Positions 26,650 through 37,161 are shown, counted from the first letter of the stretch. The stretch is DNA of 52,869 nucleotides from a bacterium (GCA_021779255.1 JAJYBC010000001.1:1-52869); one strand, 5' to 3'. Notes: generated by a model from the letters alone, not told the origin. Translations and numbers: made by a program.

Positions 26650-28152
26650 CTATATATAAAAAATAAAAAACAATCCACCAAAAATCAAAATAAAAAGAAA
26701 AAAGAGCAAGAAAGGAGATATATTCGGTACATTCATCCACCAGAAATTAAGACAGTGGGCTTGATATTTATTGTTGTCATAAACGATTTCTTTGGTGAAG
26801 ACAGAGCCTTTTTTTGTAGCGACTTCTTCCATTGGCGGGCTATAAATTATTTTATAAATCAAGGGTTTTCTAACGCGCAAAATTTTATTGGTAAGTAGCT
26901 GGTAATTGACAAAATAAGGGGCAAATTGAGGAATATATTGGTACTCTTGGCTAGCGAGAACGTTATAACCGGTGGCGTTATAAATTTCGTAGAAAGAATA
27001 AGGAAAGACATCGTAACGAACCAAAGTACCCAACAGTTGAAAAAAGAAACTAAAAGCTATAATAAGGCCGAAGACAATCTTTTTAATTTGTTTTCCATCT
27101 TTTTTTAAAGATTGCCAGTCTAGAGCAATCAGCGGTAAAAGTCCCACGGCACTTAGAGATAATAAATATCGCGGACCCCAAGTTTCATCGCTCCACCAAT
27201 GAATTCGGGCAACAAAAAGAACAAGCGAAATTGTGTAAATTAAAACAAAAAACGCTTCCTTTTGATTCTTTTTATAAAATTGAGAAAAAAGAAGAACGGA
27301 CAAAAGAAGAACGGGATTGTAAATAAAAAGACTTTTACCAAAGCTAAAAAGTAGCCCGTAAATTCCAAAAATAAAATTTTCTCCACCAAACAATTCATTA
27401 CTTAATTTGTACGGACCGCTGAAACAACCACCGAAATTGTATTTATTGGCGATAAGATAAATCGGAGCAAGAAAAATTAAAGAGGAAAAAAACAGGAGAA
27501 AATAACGGAATAATTTTTTTAAAAATTTTTTAAAATCCTTTTCTTTGCGAGAACAAAAATAAATAAAAGACAAAAAAGCTAAGCCGGTTATTAAATAATA
27601 AGTTTTGGAAAAAAACAGGAGAAAATAAAAAAAGCCGGATAAAAACAAGTAGAGATTCGCTTTTTTATTTTCTACTAAAGCTATTTTTTTTCCAAATAAA
27701 AACAAAAAATAAATTGCGAATAAAACGAATAAAACGGCTGTCGGATCCATCCCGATAGTCGCGTAAGGGAAAGCCATAGTGCCAAAAGCATAAACAAGAG
27801 AAAGCCAAAAGGCTTGATGTTTTTTATTATAAAGATTAAAAATTAAAAACATAACAACCACCGAAAGCGCTGAAACAAAAGGGTTATAGAAAAGAGCAAA
27901 AATTTGAGAAATTTTGTCGTGTTCAATTTTCAAAAAACTATCAAGAATTTGCCCCGTCCAAATGAAAGGTGTTTCTAATAGAATTTGAAGATAACCGGAG
28001 CGAGCTGTTTTTAGCTCACCGGATTTTAAATTGGTGATTATTCGATTATAAGTTTCATCTTCGTATCCTTGAAAGCCGGGAAATTGAAAAAAAGTGTAAA
28101 CGGCAAAAGAGAAAAAAAACAGAAAAAAAAGCAATTTAAATTTTTTTGGCAT
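26650..28152 (-). CDS. Polytopic membrane protein, possibly a GT-C (ArnT/PMT-like) glycosyltransferase
   Basis: About 12 TM segments. I trimmed the start to ATG 28152 (MPKKFKLLFF...) because the track start overlaps the thrS 3' end. Confidence 0.4.
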   Translation of the reverse strand: MPKKFKLLFFLFFFSFAVYTFFQFPGFQGYEDETYNRIITNLKSGELKTARSGYLQILLETPFIWTGQILDSFLKIEHDKISQIFALFYNPFVSALSVVVMFLIFNLYNKKHQAFWLSLVYAFGTMAFPYATIGMDPTAVLFVLFAIYFLFLFGKKIALVENKKANLYLFLSGFFYFLLFFSKTYYLITGLAFLSFIYFCSRKEKDFKKFLKKLFRYFLLFFSSLIFLAPIYLIANKYNFGGCFSGPYKLSNELFGGENFIFGIYGLLFSFGKSLFIYNPVLLLSVLLFSQFYKKNQKEAFFVLIYTISLVLFVARIHWWSDETWGPRYLLSLSAVGLLPLIALDWQSLKKDGKQIKKIVFGLIIAFSFFFQLLGTLVRYDVFPYSFYEIYNATGYNVLASQEYQYIPQFAPYFVNYQLLTNKILRVRKPLIYKIIYSPPMEEVATKKGSVFTKEIVYDNNKYQAHCLNFWWMNVPNISPFLLFFLFILIFGGLFFIFYI

Positions 28153-28171
28153 AGGATAGTTTTTATAAATT

Positions 28172-29932
28172 TCAAATTTTTGGTAGTTCTTTTTGAATTT
28201 TTCGGAGGAATTCTTTTTGGTTGATATTGATTGTTTGACCGGTATCGCGATGGCGAACGGCAAGATTGCCGGATTCTATTTCCTTATCGCCGATAACAAT
28301 TACGTAGGGGATTTTTTCGCTGATAGCCTGGCGAATTTTCTTACCAACACTTTCGTTTTGATTATCTATTTCTACGCGAAAATTATTTTGGAGTAATTCT
28401 TGTTGCAATTTTTGACAATATTTCCAATGTTTTTCGCTAACGGTCACAATTTTTATTTGTACTGGTGAAAGCCAAAAAGGAAAATTACCCGCCAAATGTT
28501 CGGTTAATATGCCGATAAATCTTTCTATAGAGCCAAAAACGGCAGCGTGAATCATAACCGGAGTTTTCTTCTTACCATCTTTATCAGCATACTCCAACTT
28601 GAATTTTTGAGGCAGTTGAAAGTCTAGTTGAATAGTAGCCAACTGCCATTTTCGTCCCAGTGAATCTCGCATATCAACGTCGATTTTCGGACCGTAAAAA
28701 GCGCCATCTTTTTCTTTAAGTTGAAATCGAATTCCCTCTTCCGTTAAAGCTTCGGTCAAATTTTTTTCAGCTTTATCCCAAATTTTTTGTTGTCCCAAGA
28801 AATCGTCCGGTCTGGTGGAAAGATAAAATTCCGGTTTTAAGTCGAAGGTTTTATAATAATTTTTAACCATTTTTAAAGCGGTAATAATTTCTTGTTTAAT
28901 CTGATTTTCTTTTAAGAAAATATGAGCGTCGTCCTGAGAGAGAGCTCTTAAACGAAAAAGTCCGTTTAATTCCCCGGATTTTTCGTTGCGAATAATGCGA
29001 CCTATTTCAGTGTAACGAACGGGCAATTCTTTATAAGATTTTGGTTGTGTTTGATAAATTTGGATATTAAAAGGGCAATCCATTGGTTTTAAACAGTAAG
29101 TTTCTTTTTCGTAATCAAAATGAAACATACTATCTTTATAATGATCCCAGTGACCGGATTTAATCCAAAGACTACTCTTAGCCAATTGAGGTGTTTGAAT
29201 TTCTTGATAGCCGTTTTGGTGGCGCAAACTTTTGCCGTATTTTTCCAGTTCGTTCCAAATAATCATGCCTTTGGGATGCCAATAGGCTGAACCGAGAGCT
29301 TCTTTGTGAAAACTGAAAAGATCAAGTTCGCGGCCGATTTTTTTGTGATCTCTTTTTTTAGCTTCTTCTTTCAAACTTAAAAATTTTTGAAGTTCTTTTT
29401 GGCTCTTAAAAGCCAAGCCGGAAATGCGGGTTAACATCGGATTTTTTTCATCGCCTTGCCAATAGGCGCCGGCCGTTTTCTCTAGCAAAAAGCCGATTTT
29501 TTGAAGTTCTTGCGTATTCTTAACGAGCGGACCCCGACAAAGATCTTCAAAATCGCCAAGTTGAAAGTGAGTGACTAAAATATCTTCTTTGACTTTAATT
29601 CTTTCATCTTTGCTAATTTTCTCCAAGACTATTTTGTCCAATAATTCTAATTTATACGGTTGATTTTTTGCTTTAAAAAACTCAAAAGATTCCAACCAGG
29701 GCATTGTTTTTTTTTGAAAATGGATTTTTTCTTGGATAATTTTTTCCATTACTTTTTGAATCTTTGGCAGATCGGATTCAGTGAGGGATGTTGATAGTTC
29801 TAAGTCGTAATAAAAACCATTTTCAACGGCTGGGCCAGTTCCAAATTTAACATCGGAGCCGTAAATTCTTTGAACGGCTAAGGCTAAAACGTGAGAAAGA
29901 GAGTGGCGAAGAGTTTCGATGGGAGTAGACAT
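28172..29932 (-). CDS. thrS: Threonyl-tRNA synthetase (no N-terminal TGS domain)
   Basis: MSTPIETLRHSLSHVLALAV (SAD HxxxH), class II motifs (FRLRALSQDDAHIF, YGPKID) and an anticodon-binding tail. Start trimmed to ATG 29932. Confidence 0.9.
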   Translation of the reverse strand: MSTPIETLRHSLSHVLALAVQRIYGSDVKFGTGPAVENGFYYDLELSTSLTESDLPKIQKVMEKIIQEKIHFQKKTMPWLESFEFFKAKNQPYKLELLDKIVLEKISKDERIKVKEDILVTHFQLGDFEDLCRGPLVKNTQELQKIGFLLEKTAGAYWQGDEKNPMLTRISGLAFKSQKELQKFLSLKEEAKKRDHKKIGRELDLFSFHKEALGSAYWHPKGMIIWNELEKYGKSLRHQNGYQEIQTPQLAKSSLWIKSGHWDHYKDSMFHFDYEKETYCLKPMDCPFNIQIYQTQPKSYKELPVRYTEIGRIIRNEKSGELNGLFRLRALSQDDAHIFLKENQIKQEIITALKMVKNYYKTFDLKPEFYLSTRPDDFLGQQKIWDKAEKNLTEALTEEGIRFQLKEKDGAFYGPKIDVDMRDSLGRKWQLATIQLDFQLPQKFKLEYADKDGKKKTPVMIHAAVFGSIERFIGILTEHLAGNFPFWLSPVQIKIVTVSEKHWKYCQKLQQELLQNNFRVEIDNQNESVGKKIRQAISEKIPYVIVIGDKEIESGNLAVRHRDTGQTININQKEFLRKIQKELPKI

Positions 29933-30025
29933 AGAATATGGGTTAAAAATATAAGTATGAAACAAAATTTTCAATCAGAGTATCTTGTATTGTAGGAACG
30001 GTAGCATCTCTACGTTCGAATTTAC

Positions 30026-30802
30026 TTAGTAATATCGCCATTTGCTGGTGATTAAAATAATGCCGATAGCAATAAGAACCACAACCACATCTTTAGCCAG
30101 CCTGCGATTTTTTTCTTCTTTAGTTAGAAAAAACTGGGTAGTGGTGAAAAAAAGATAGTAAGTGGCGAAAAGAATAGTAGCGCTGGATCGATAACGAAAA
30201 GGAAAAAAAAGCAAACCCCAAGCAATCTCACTAGTCATAAGAGCGATAATCAAACTGGAAATGTTGATGTCGTTTTTGGTTATCTCATTTCTTTTAATGG
30301 ATAGAAAAAGTGAATGGACAAGAGTATCTCTAGAAACAATAAAACAAATTAGAGCGGAAAGAACAATCATTAACCAATCAGGAAAAACTTGTTCGGAAAA
30401 ATTAATGAAACTGGCAAAAAGTAAGTTGGAAAGGACAAAAAAAATGGAGAAGTTAACCCCACTCAAAATAGAGAGGGCGATTTTGTTAGCCGGATTATCG
30501 TTGAGGCGACCTTTGACCAAGAGGGCTAAATAAAAAAGTAAAGAAAGAAGAATAATAGCGAAATAACGCAAGCTGGGAGTTCCCATTAAGGATAAAACCG
30601 GTAGACTGGCCAGAACCAAAAGAAGAGGTAATAGAGTATTGGAAAATTTGCCGACTGCTTTTTTAGTAAAAATAAAAATAATAAAAATATTTAACAAAAT
30701 GATCCACCACCAATCAAGTAAATTAGCGAAAAAATAAAGGACAAAGAAGATTAGTTCAACAAAAAAAATAGTAGCAATAAAGGGAAAAAAGCGGAAGAAC
30801 AT
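30026..30802 (-). CDS. Hypothetical integral membrane protein
   Basis: 258 aa, about 8 hydrophobic segments, no motif recognised. Confidence 0.5.
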   Translation of the reverse strand: MFFRFFPFIATIFFVELIFFVLYFFANLLDWWWIILLNIFIIFIFTKKAVGKFSNTLLPLLLVLASLPVLSLMGTPSLRYFAIILLSLLFYLALLVKGRLNDNPANKIALSILSGVNFSIFFVLSNLLFASFINFSEQVFPDWLMIVLSALICFIVSRDTLVHSLFLSIKRNEITKNDINISSLIIALMTSEIAWGLLFFPFRYRSSATILFATYYLFFTTTQFFLTKEEKNRRLAKDVVVVLIAIGIILITSKWRYY

Positions 30803-30920
30803 GAATATATATTAAATTGAAAATTTATTTCATTTCTTTATTATAATATCACAAAAAAGAAAAAGCCAATTGGGTTAAAATACTGATGAGCATATTACAA
30901 TACGCCTATATAGAGATAGA

Positions 30921-32180
30921 TTATTTGAGCCATTCTTTGTCGCGTAGTTTTCGATGGTAAGAGATAGCAAAGCGGTGAGCTTCGTTGCGAATTTTTTCAA
31001 TTAATTTTAAATCGAACGGAAAAATATTTTTGTGTGCAGATTTGTCGAATTTATTTTGGTCAAAATATAAATCCAATTTTTTACGAGTTGGACCTTTGGC
31101 TACGGCTAAGATCAAAATATTTTCTAATTTTATTTTTTTAAGTAACTCGGCAGCCATATTAAAATGTCCCTTACCTCCGTCTAGAACTATTAAATCGGGA
31201 TGCGGCCAGTTATGATTAAACCTTCTCGCTAAAATTTCTTGCATCATAGCAATGTCATCAATACCCTTAATATTTTTGATTTTAAATTTACGGTAGTCAG
31301 ATTTTTTAGGTTCGTTCTTCTCAAAAACAACCATTGATCCCACAGCGTAGGCGCCGGAGATATTGGAAATGTCGTAACATTCGATGCGATGTTGCCATTG
31401 TAGAGACGCCCTATAGGGCGTCTCTACAATGGCAACATCATTGATAAAATCGTCCGATAATAATGCTACATCTCGGATGTGTTGTAGGGCAAAAATTTGA
31501 TTGCGAATTTTTTGAGCTTTTTCGTACGCTTTTTTTTGGGAAAATTCTTGCATTTCTTTTTCTAATTTTTTGAGTAAACTATTTTTTTTGCCTCGTAAAA
31601 TCATTTCAATATTGCGGATATTTTTTTTATAATCTGCAGGACTAATTTGGCCGGCGTAAGGTCCGGGGCAATAACCAAGTTGAAAATCAAGGCAACCTTT
31701 TTCCGTTTTTTGTTGACCGGAATGAAAAGGAAATATTTTTTTTAAAATTCGGAGAGCCACGGAAATTTGTTTCCGAGAAGTATAAGGACCGTAAATTTTA
31801 GGCGTTGAATATTTTTTCAAATCAGTTTTTCTAACAATTATTATTCTCGGAAATTTGTCTTTTTTGGTGATCAAAAGATACGAAAAACTTTTGTCATCCT
31901 TAGCTTTAATATTATATTTCGGCTGATTTTTTTTGATTAAGTTAGCTTCCAAAATTAGAGCCTCAAGTGTATTTTGAGTCGATTGAATTTTAATTTTGGC
32001 AATTTGAGAAACCAGTTGTTCGGTTTTATTATCGTGAGCACCAGTAAAATAAGATCCGACGCGATTGCGAAGAGAAGTGGCTTTACCAATATAAATAAGT
32101 CTATTCTGGCTGTCATAAAACTTATAGATACCCGGTGATTTAGGCAGAGAGGAGACAGTTTTTTTGAGATTGAGATGCAT
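30921..32180 (-). CDS. uvrC: Excinuclease ABC subunit C, short form lacking the C-terminal (HhH)2 domain
   Basis: GIY-YIG (PGIYKFYDSQNRLIYIGKATSLRNRV), RIECYDISN and RNEAHRFAISYHR blocks. Only 419 aa. Confidence 0.85.
   Translation of the reverse strand: MHLNLKKTVSSLPKSPGIYKFYDSQNRLIYIGKATSLRNRVGSYFTGAHDNKTEQLVSQIAKIKIQSTQNTLEALILEANLIKKNQPKYNIKAKDDKSFSYLLITKKDKFPRIIIVRKTDLKKYSTPKIYGPYTSRKQISVALRILKKIFPFHSGQQKTEKGCLDFQLGYCPGPYAGQISPADYKKNIRNIEMILRGKKNSLLKKLEKEMQEFSQKKAYEKAQKIRNQIFALQHIRDVALLSDDFINDVAIVETPYRASLQWQHRIECYDISNISGAYAVGSMVVFEKNEPKKSDYRKFKIKNIKGIDDIAMMQEILARRFNHNWPHPDLIVLDGGKGHFNMAAELLKKIKLENILILAVAKGPTRKKLDLYFDQNKFDKSAHKNIFPFDLKLIEKIRNEAHRFAISYHRKLRDKEWLK
31388..31439. repeat. 52-bp perfect palindrome inside the uvrC coding sequence
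   Basis: GATGTTGCCATTGTAGAGACGCCCTA|TAGGGCGTCTCTACAATGGCAACATC. All 26 arm positions were checked pairwise. Confidence 0.97.
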
Positions 32181-32195
32181 TATTTCAGTTTATTT

Positions 32196-35030
32196 TTATT
32201 TGTTCAAAAGTTTCTTTAAAAACTGGCCGGTGTAGCTTCTGGTATTTCTAGCCACTTCTTCCGGTGTACCGGTAGCTACAATTCGTCCTCCCTCTTCTCC
32301 ACCCTCCGGACCAAGATCAATAAGGTAGTCAGCCGTTTTAATTACGTCCAAATTATGCTCAATAACAATGACAGTATTGCCAGCGTTGACTAAACGATTA
32401 AGCACGTCCAAAAGTTTTTTTATATCATCAAAATGAAGACCGGTGGTTGGTTCGTCTAGGATATAGAGAGTATCGCCTCGGCCACGTCGGCTTAATTCGG
32501 AAGCTAATTTTATTCTTTGGGCTTCACCGCCTGACAAAGTGGTGGCGGATTGGCCTAGACTAATATAACCCAAACCAACTTCTTCCAAAACTTTTAGAGG
32601 CTCAAAAATTTCCGGAAAATTTTGAAAAAAATCTTTGGCTTCACTAACTGTCATAGCTAAAACTTCGGCAATATTTTTACCTTTAAATTTGATGTTTAAA
32701 GTTTCACTATTAAATCTTTTACCGCCACAAACATCGCAAGGTAAATAAACGTCAGGCATAAATTGCATTTCTATTTTGAGAAAACCTTCTCCTCGACAGT
32801 TATCGCAACGACCGCCTCTAACGTTAAAAGAAAATCGACCAAGTGAATAGCCGCGAGCTTTTGCTTCTTTACTGCTGGCAAAAAGTTTACGAATAGCCGT
32901 AAAAAAGCCGGTGTACGTGGCGGGATTGGATCGAGGAGTACGACCAATTGGAGATTGATCAATCATAATAACTTTTTTTAGATTCTCGACGCCCATGATT
33001 TCTTGATAATGACCTGGTCTTTCCAAAGAGCGCATAATTTTGGCCGACAAAGCTTTATATAAAATTTCTTCAACCAGAGTTGATTTCCCGCTACCACTAA
33101 CGCCGGTGACACAAGTCAAAACTTTCAAAGGAAAACCAACAGAAAGATGGCGCAAATTATTTTCAGAGGCTCCTTTGATGGTAATTATTTTTTTATTCTT
33201 AATATTGCGACGAAATTTGGGAATCTCAATAGAAATTTCGTGACGTAAATATTGGGCGGTAATGGATTTTTTGTTTTTGAGAATTTCTTTTAGGCTTCCT
33301 TCGGCGATAACTTCCCCGCCTAGTTTTCCAGCTCCTGGGCCGATATCAACAATATGATCGGCCGATAAAATAGTTTCTTCGTCGTGTTCAATAACTATTA
33401 AAGTATTGCCAAGCGAGCGTAGCTGGTGCAGAGTATTTAGTAATTTGCTGTTATCGCGAGCATGCAAACCAATGGAAGGCTCATCTAAAACATAAAGAAC
33501 ACCAACCAGTTGAGAACCGATTTGAGAGGCTAGACGGATTCTTTGCGATTCTCCACCCGCCAAAGTATTGGCTGAACGGTTAAGAGTTAAATAAGAAAGA
33601 CCGACGTTATTTAAAAAACCAAGACGATTTTTTATCTCCTTAATAATTTTATCGGCGATTATTTTTTCTTTGTCAGTGAGCGTTATTTTTTCAAAAAATT
33701 TTAAAGATTGGTCAATACTTTGATTGGAAATTTCGTAAATATTTTTTTCGTGAACTGTCACCAGCAGAGCTTCTTTCTTGTAGCGAGAGCCACCACAGAT
33801 TGAACAAGGTTTTTGAGACATATATTTTTCAATATCTTGGCGCACGGCGTCTGATTGAGTTTTAAAATAACGATCTTCCAGAAAGCCGATAATTCCCCGC
33901 CATTGTAAATTAAAATTCCAAGAAGAGCCGGTTTTGGAATGAAATTTAACCAAAAGCTTATCGGTTGGGTTGTTGCCATAGAAAAGAAGTTTTTTTTGAT
34001 AAGCGGGTAAGTCGTTTATTCGAGCATTTTCCGGAATATTATAAAATTGAGTGACGGCTCGCAAAATTGTTCCTTGATAATTATTTTTTTTATAACTCCA
34101 AGGCATAATGCCTCCCTCGGCAATAGTTTTACTTTGGTCAGGAATAAGCAAGCGCAAATCAATTTCTTTTTTGAGGCCCAGACCTTCACAGGCACTGCAG
34201 GCGCCGAAAGGACTATTAAAAGAAAAAAGACGGGGCTCTAGTTCGGGAAATTCAATCTCGTGAATAGGACAAGCTAAATTTTGATTATAAATTTGTTCCT
34301 GTTTCTGACTCTTGATTTTAAGTAAACCACCCGATAATTTTAAGGCCATTTCTACCTCTTCAAATAAACGGGAAAGATTGTCTTCCTCAATTTTAAACTC
34401 ATCGATTAGGATATCGATTCGATGTTTTTTATAGCGAGCCAGTTTGATTTTAGCAATTTCGCTTTTTTCTTCCAGAAAATAAAATTTGTTATCTATGTAA
34501 ATTTGACGAAAACCGCGATCCCACATTTCTTCGAGCAAAGTAGAATACTCGCCTTTGCGCGATCGAACAACGGGCGAAATAATTTTAATTTTTTGTCCAC
34601 TGCCTAAATCTAAAATTCTTTCAATAATTTCGTCGAGAGATAATTGTTTGATTTCTCGACCGCAAATGGGACAGTGAGGAATGCCGATTTTGGCGTAAAG
34701 CAAGCGTAAATAATCGTTAATTTCCGTCACTGTGCCAACAGTCGAGCGAGGGTTGTGGGAAGTCGATTTTTGATCAATGGAAATAGTGGGACTCAGTCCT
34801 TCGATATAGTCAACGTCCGGTTTGTCCATCTTGCCTAAAAATTGGCGAGCATAGCTCGATAAACTCTCTAGGTACCTTCGCTGACCCTCGGCAAAGATAG
34901 TGTCAAAGGCTAAAGTTGACTTGCCGGAACCGCTTAGTCCGGTAAAAACGATAAATTTATCTCGCGGTAAAACGAGATCAATATTTTTGAGATTATGCTC
35001 TCTGGCACCTTTTACAACAATATTCTGCAT
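32196..35030 (-). CDS. uvrA: Excinuclease ABC subunit A
   Basis: MQNIVVKGAREHNLKNI, two ABC modules (GLSGSGKST, GVSGSGKST, LSGGE) and zinc-finger cysteines. Start trimmed to ATG 35030. Confidence 0.95.
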   Translation of the reverse strand: MQNIVVKGAREHNLKNIDLVLPRDKFIVFTGLSGSGKSTLAFDTIFAEGQRRYLESLSSYARQFLGKMDKPDVDYIEGLSPTISIDQKSTSHNPRSTVGTVTEINDYLRLLYAKIGIPHCPICGREIKQLSLDEIIERILDLGSGQKIKIISPVVRSRKGEYSTLLEEMWDRGFRQIYIDNKFYFLEEKSEIAKIKLARYKKHRIDILIDEFKIEEDNLSRLFEEVEMALKLSGGLLKIKSQKQEQIYNQNLACPIHEIEFPELEPRLFSFNSPFGACSACEGLGLKKEIDLRLLIPDQSKTIAEGGIMPWSYKKNNYQGTILRAVTQFYNIPENARINDLPAYQKKLLFYGNNPTDKLLVKFHSKTGSSWNFNLQWRGIIGFLEDRYFKTQSDAVRQDIEKYMSQKPCSICGGSRYKKEALLVTVHEKNIYEISNQSIDQSLKFFEKITLTDKEKIIADKIIKEIKNRLGFLNNVGLSYLTLNRSANTLAGGESQRIRLASQIGSQLVGVLYVLDEPSIGLHARDNSKLLNTLHQLRSLGNTLIVIEHDEETILSADHIVDIGPGAGKLGGEVIAEGSLKEILKNKKSITAQYLRHEISIEIPKFRRNIKNKKIITIKGASENNLRHLSVGFPLKVLTCVTGVSGSGKSTLVEEILYKALSAKIMRSLERPGHYQEIMGVENLKKVIMIDQSPIGRTPRSNPATYTGFFTAIRKLFASSKEAKARGYSLGRFSFNVRGGRCDNCRGEGFLKIEMQFMPDVYLPCDVCGGKRFNSETLNIKFKGKNIAEVLAMTVSEAKDFFQNFPEIFEPLKVLEEVGLGYISLGQSATTLSGGEAQRIKLASELSRRGRGDTLYILDEPTTGLHFDDIKKLLDVLNRLVNAGNTVIVIEHNLDVIKTADYLIDLGPEGGEEGGRIVATGTPEEVARNTRSYTGQFLKKLLNK

Positions 35031-35049
35031 AACAATGTCTTTTTTTATT

Positions 35050-35469
35050 CTACTTAATAATTTTCCCAATAGCCTTCATAAATTCTTCAAAGTCTCCCAA
35101 ATTATTTTTCGAATAATCAAATATTAACTCGTTATCAGCTTCCCAGTATTGATGAATGAGTTTATTCCTGAATCTGGCCATTTCCTTGAGTCTCTTGGCC
35201 AGCTTCTTACTAATTGATTTTTCTTTTTCTAAAACTTCAAAACACTCTCCAAAAGAAGAAACGCCCTTATTATATTTTTTGGCAGCGACGTGGGCGCAAA
35301 CACTGCCAGTTGCTTCGACAGCTTGAATTAAATAATATTTAACGGCGGCCATATTTTCTTTTTTTGCCCAAAAATCCTTTTTGGGCACACTCGTTAATCT
35401 TTTAATTTCTGACAAGGATTCGTTAATTTCGGAAAATCTTTTTTTAATTTTAGCTTTTTCTAGATTCAT
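35050..35469 (-). CDS. hepT: HEPN-domain toxin HepT (DUF86 family)
   Basis: RFRNKLIHQY is the Rx4H HEPN motif. 139 aa, directly downstream of an MNT gene. Confidence 0.75.
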   Translation of the reverse strand: MNLEKAKIKKRFSEINESLSEIKRLTSVPKKDFWAKKENMAAVKYYLIQAVEATGSVCAHVAAKKYNKGVSSFGECFEVLEKEKSISKKLAKRLKEMARFRNKLIHQYWEADNELIFDYSKNNLGDFEEFMKAIGKIIK

Positions 35470-35479
35470 TTTGTGAAAA

Positions 35480-35926
35480 TTATTGATAAGAAAGTTCTCC
35501 TAGTGACTGTAGAGAGATAAGTTCATTTTTCAAAGATTCTAAGGAAGTTTTTTCTATCATTTCAGATAATAAATTTTTATCTCCGGTAAACAATAATTTT
35601 CCTTGAGAAAAAACATTAGAAAAAAAGTAGTTAGGTGAAAAATTTAAAATCCGAGTGTCGATTTTATCGAAAGAAATCTTGATTTCTTTACTAATTTTGT
35701 CGGCAATTTTTGCTTCTAATTTTATTAGATCATTTTTGTTGATAGAGCCAGGGGGGGTGATATAGACAGCAACGTCTATATCACGTGGATTAGAAGAATA
35801 GAGAAAAGATCCGAAAATGTAAGCAAACAAAACTTCGTCTTCTTGTTCGAGGATTTTTTTGATTTTAGAACAAATTTCATCTTTTTCTTTGGAAGAAAAG
35901 GATAAAAATTCTTTTGAATAACTCAT
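35480..35926 (-). CDS. mntA: MNT-type nucleotidyltransferase antitoxin
   Basis: LFAYIFGSFLYSSNPRDIDVAV is the GSx10DxD minimal NTase motif. Paired with HepT. Confidence 0.7.
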   Translation of the reverse strand: MSYSKEFLSFSSKEKDEICSKIKKILEQEDEVLFAYIFGSFLYSSNPRDIDVAVYITPPGSINKNDLIKLEAKIADKISKEIKISFDKIDTRILNFSPNYFFSNVFSQGKLLFTGDKNLLSEMIEKTSLESLKNELISLQSLGELSYQ

Positions 35927-35971
35927 AATTTTTGATTAATATTGCCCTGTTCAAAATGGTAGAGTAAAAAT

Positions 35972-35984
35972 TTGAATAATTCAA
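35972..35984. promoter_or_regulatory. Palindromic operator candidate upstream of the MNT/HepT pair
   Basis: TTGAATAATTCAA is a perfect 13-bp palindrome, 46 bp upstream of the MNT start. Confidence 0.3.
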
Positions 35985-36068
35985 TCAAATTATGTTTTAT
36001 GCCAAAAAAAATCCCCCGCTATAATATAGTCGAGGGTAATGTTGAGAAAAAAATTGAAGAAAATAATT

Positions 36069-36785
36069 TTAGGCGTTATCGATAGCCTGTAATTTTTTTG
36101 ACGACTTTGGGCACAAGAAGTAAATGTTATCATCCGGTGTTATTTTGCAAAGACCGAATAGATCTTCGACAGAAAGGTGAGAAATTTCCCAATCAGTTTT
36201 TTTGGAATCGTATTGTATTATCGGGATATATCTGTTTACGCACAAACCAATCGGACCATAATATTGAGCCATTGGATAATATTGAAAAAATTCTCCCCAA
36301 ATAGTTCCCGGGAAAACTATGGTTGGTCTAGTCTCTCGCCAGCCGATAGGAAAACTTTTTCTTTGCTCCAATAGACAACGAGCGTGTCGTTCTCCCAAGT
36401 TAGCGTCCAATTCTCGAGCTCTTTGGAAAATAAGACTTCTTCGATCAAGACTGATTCCGAACTTTTTTTTCATTTTCTTCTCTATTTTTACAAACCAGAG
36501 CAAATCTACTTTTACCAACTTTGTTTTACTTGGCTTTTTTAAAGCTAGACCCAAGTCTAAATTTAGCTGTGCGGCATTAGCTGTCATTTCTCGATAAAAG
36601 TCTTCTTCTTTTTTTTTAAAGATAGGAATTAAATTTAGCTCCGAGACAGAGATAGTTGAGGGTTCGGTTGTGTCGTTAAGAATTTTCCAGCCATTTTTAT
36701 CTTTGAATTGCAAAGATGGCGAAGGTAACGGTTCGGTGGAAATTCTAAATCTTTTTGCTCTGGTTTTGGAATGAACAGCACTCAT
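36069..36785 (-). CDS. Orphan hypothetical protein (238 aa)
   Basis: Start trimmed to ATG 36785, preceded by AAAGGAGG at an 8-nt spacing. No motif recognised. A terminator-like hairpin with a U-run lies at about 36015-36045. Confidence 0.55.
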   Translation of the reverse strand: MSAVHSKTRAKRFRISTEPLPSPSLQFKDKNGWKILNDTTEPSTISVSELNLIPIFKKKEEDFYREMTANAAQLNLDLGLALKKPSKTKLVKVDLLWFVKIEKKMKKKFGISLDRRSLIFQRARELDANLGERHARCLLEQRKSFPIGWRETRPTIVFPGTIWGEFFQYYPMAQYYGPIGLCVNRYIPIIQYDSKKTDWEISHLSVEDLFGLCKITPDDNIYFLCPKSSKKLQAIDNA

Positions 36786-36885
36786 TTTAAAATCCTCCTT
36801 TTCTCGTGACAAAAATATTTGCGACAAAAAGCAGACATTGTAAAGATCTTTTGTTCTTCCCTTTTCTCACGGTTTATCCTAAATG

Positions 36886-37161
36886 TCAACAGATTTTATT
36901 TTGCTCATAAAGCTCGCTGTGCGTTCCAATGGCCATGAAAATTATTTCGTCATTCCCTTTCTCCACGTAAAGAGCTCTGACGTCGCCGGTGATATTAATA
37001 CTGTGGAGACCTTGTAGCCTACCAACAAGAATATGATTATGTAGCAACGGAAAATTTTTATTGATAGAAAAAATTGCCACTCTCGCTCGAAATTTAGTTT
37101 GAATCCCGAGCGGACATTTTCTAAGATTCTTAATAAATTTTTTGCTATAACTTATTATCAC
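36886..37161 (-). CDS. RelE/YafQ-family mRNA interferase toxin
   Basis: HNHILVGRLQGLHSINITGDVRALYVEKGNDEIIFMAIGTHSELY fits the RelE/YafQ C-terminal pattern. 91 aa, downstream of a DinJ-like gene. Confidence 0.7.
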   Translation of the reverse strand: MIISYSKKFIKNLRKCPLGIQTKFRARVAIFSINKNFPLLHNHILVGRLQGLHSINITGDVRALYVEKGNDEIIFMAIGTHSELYEQNKIC

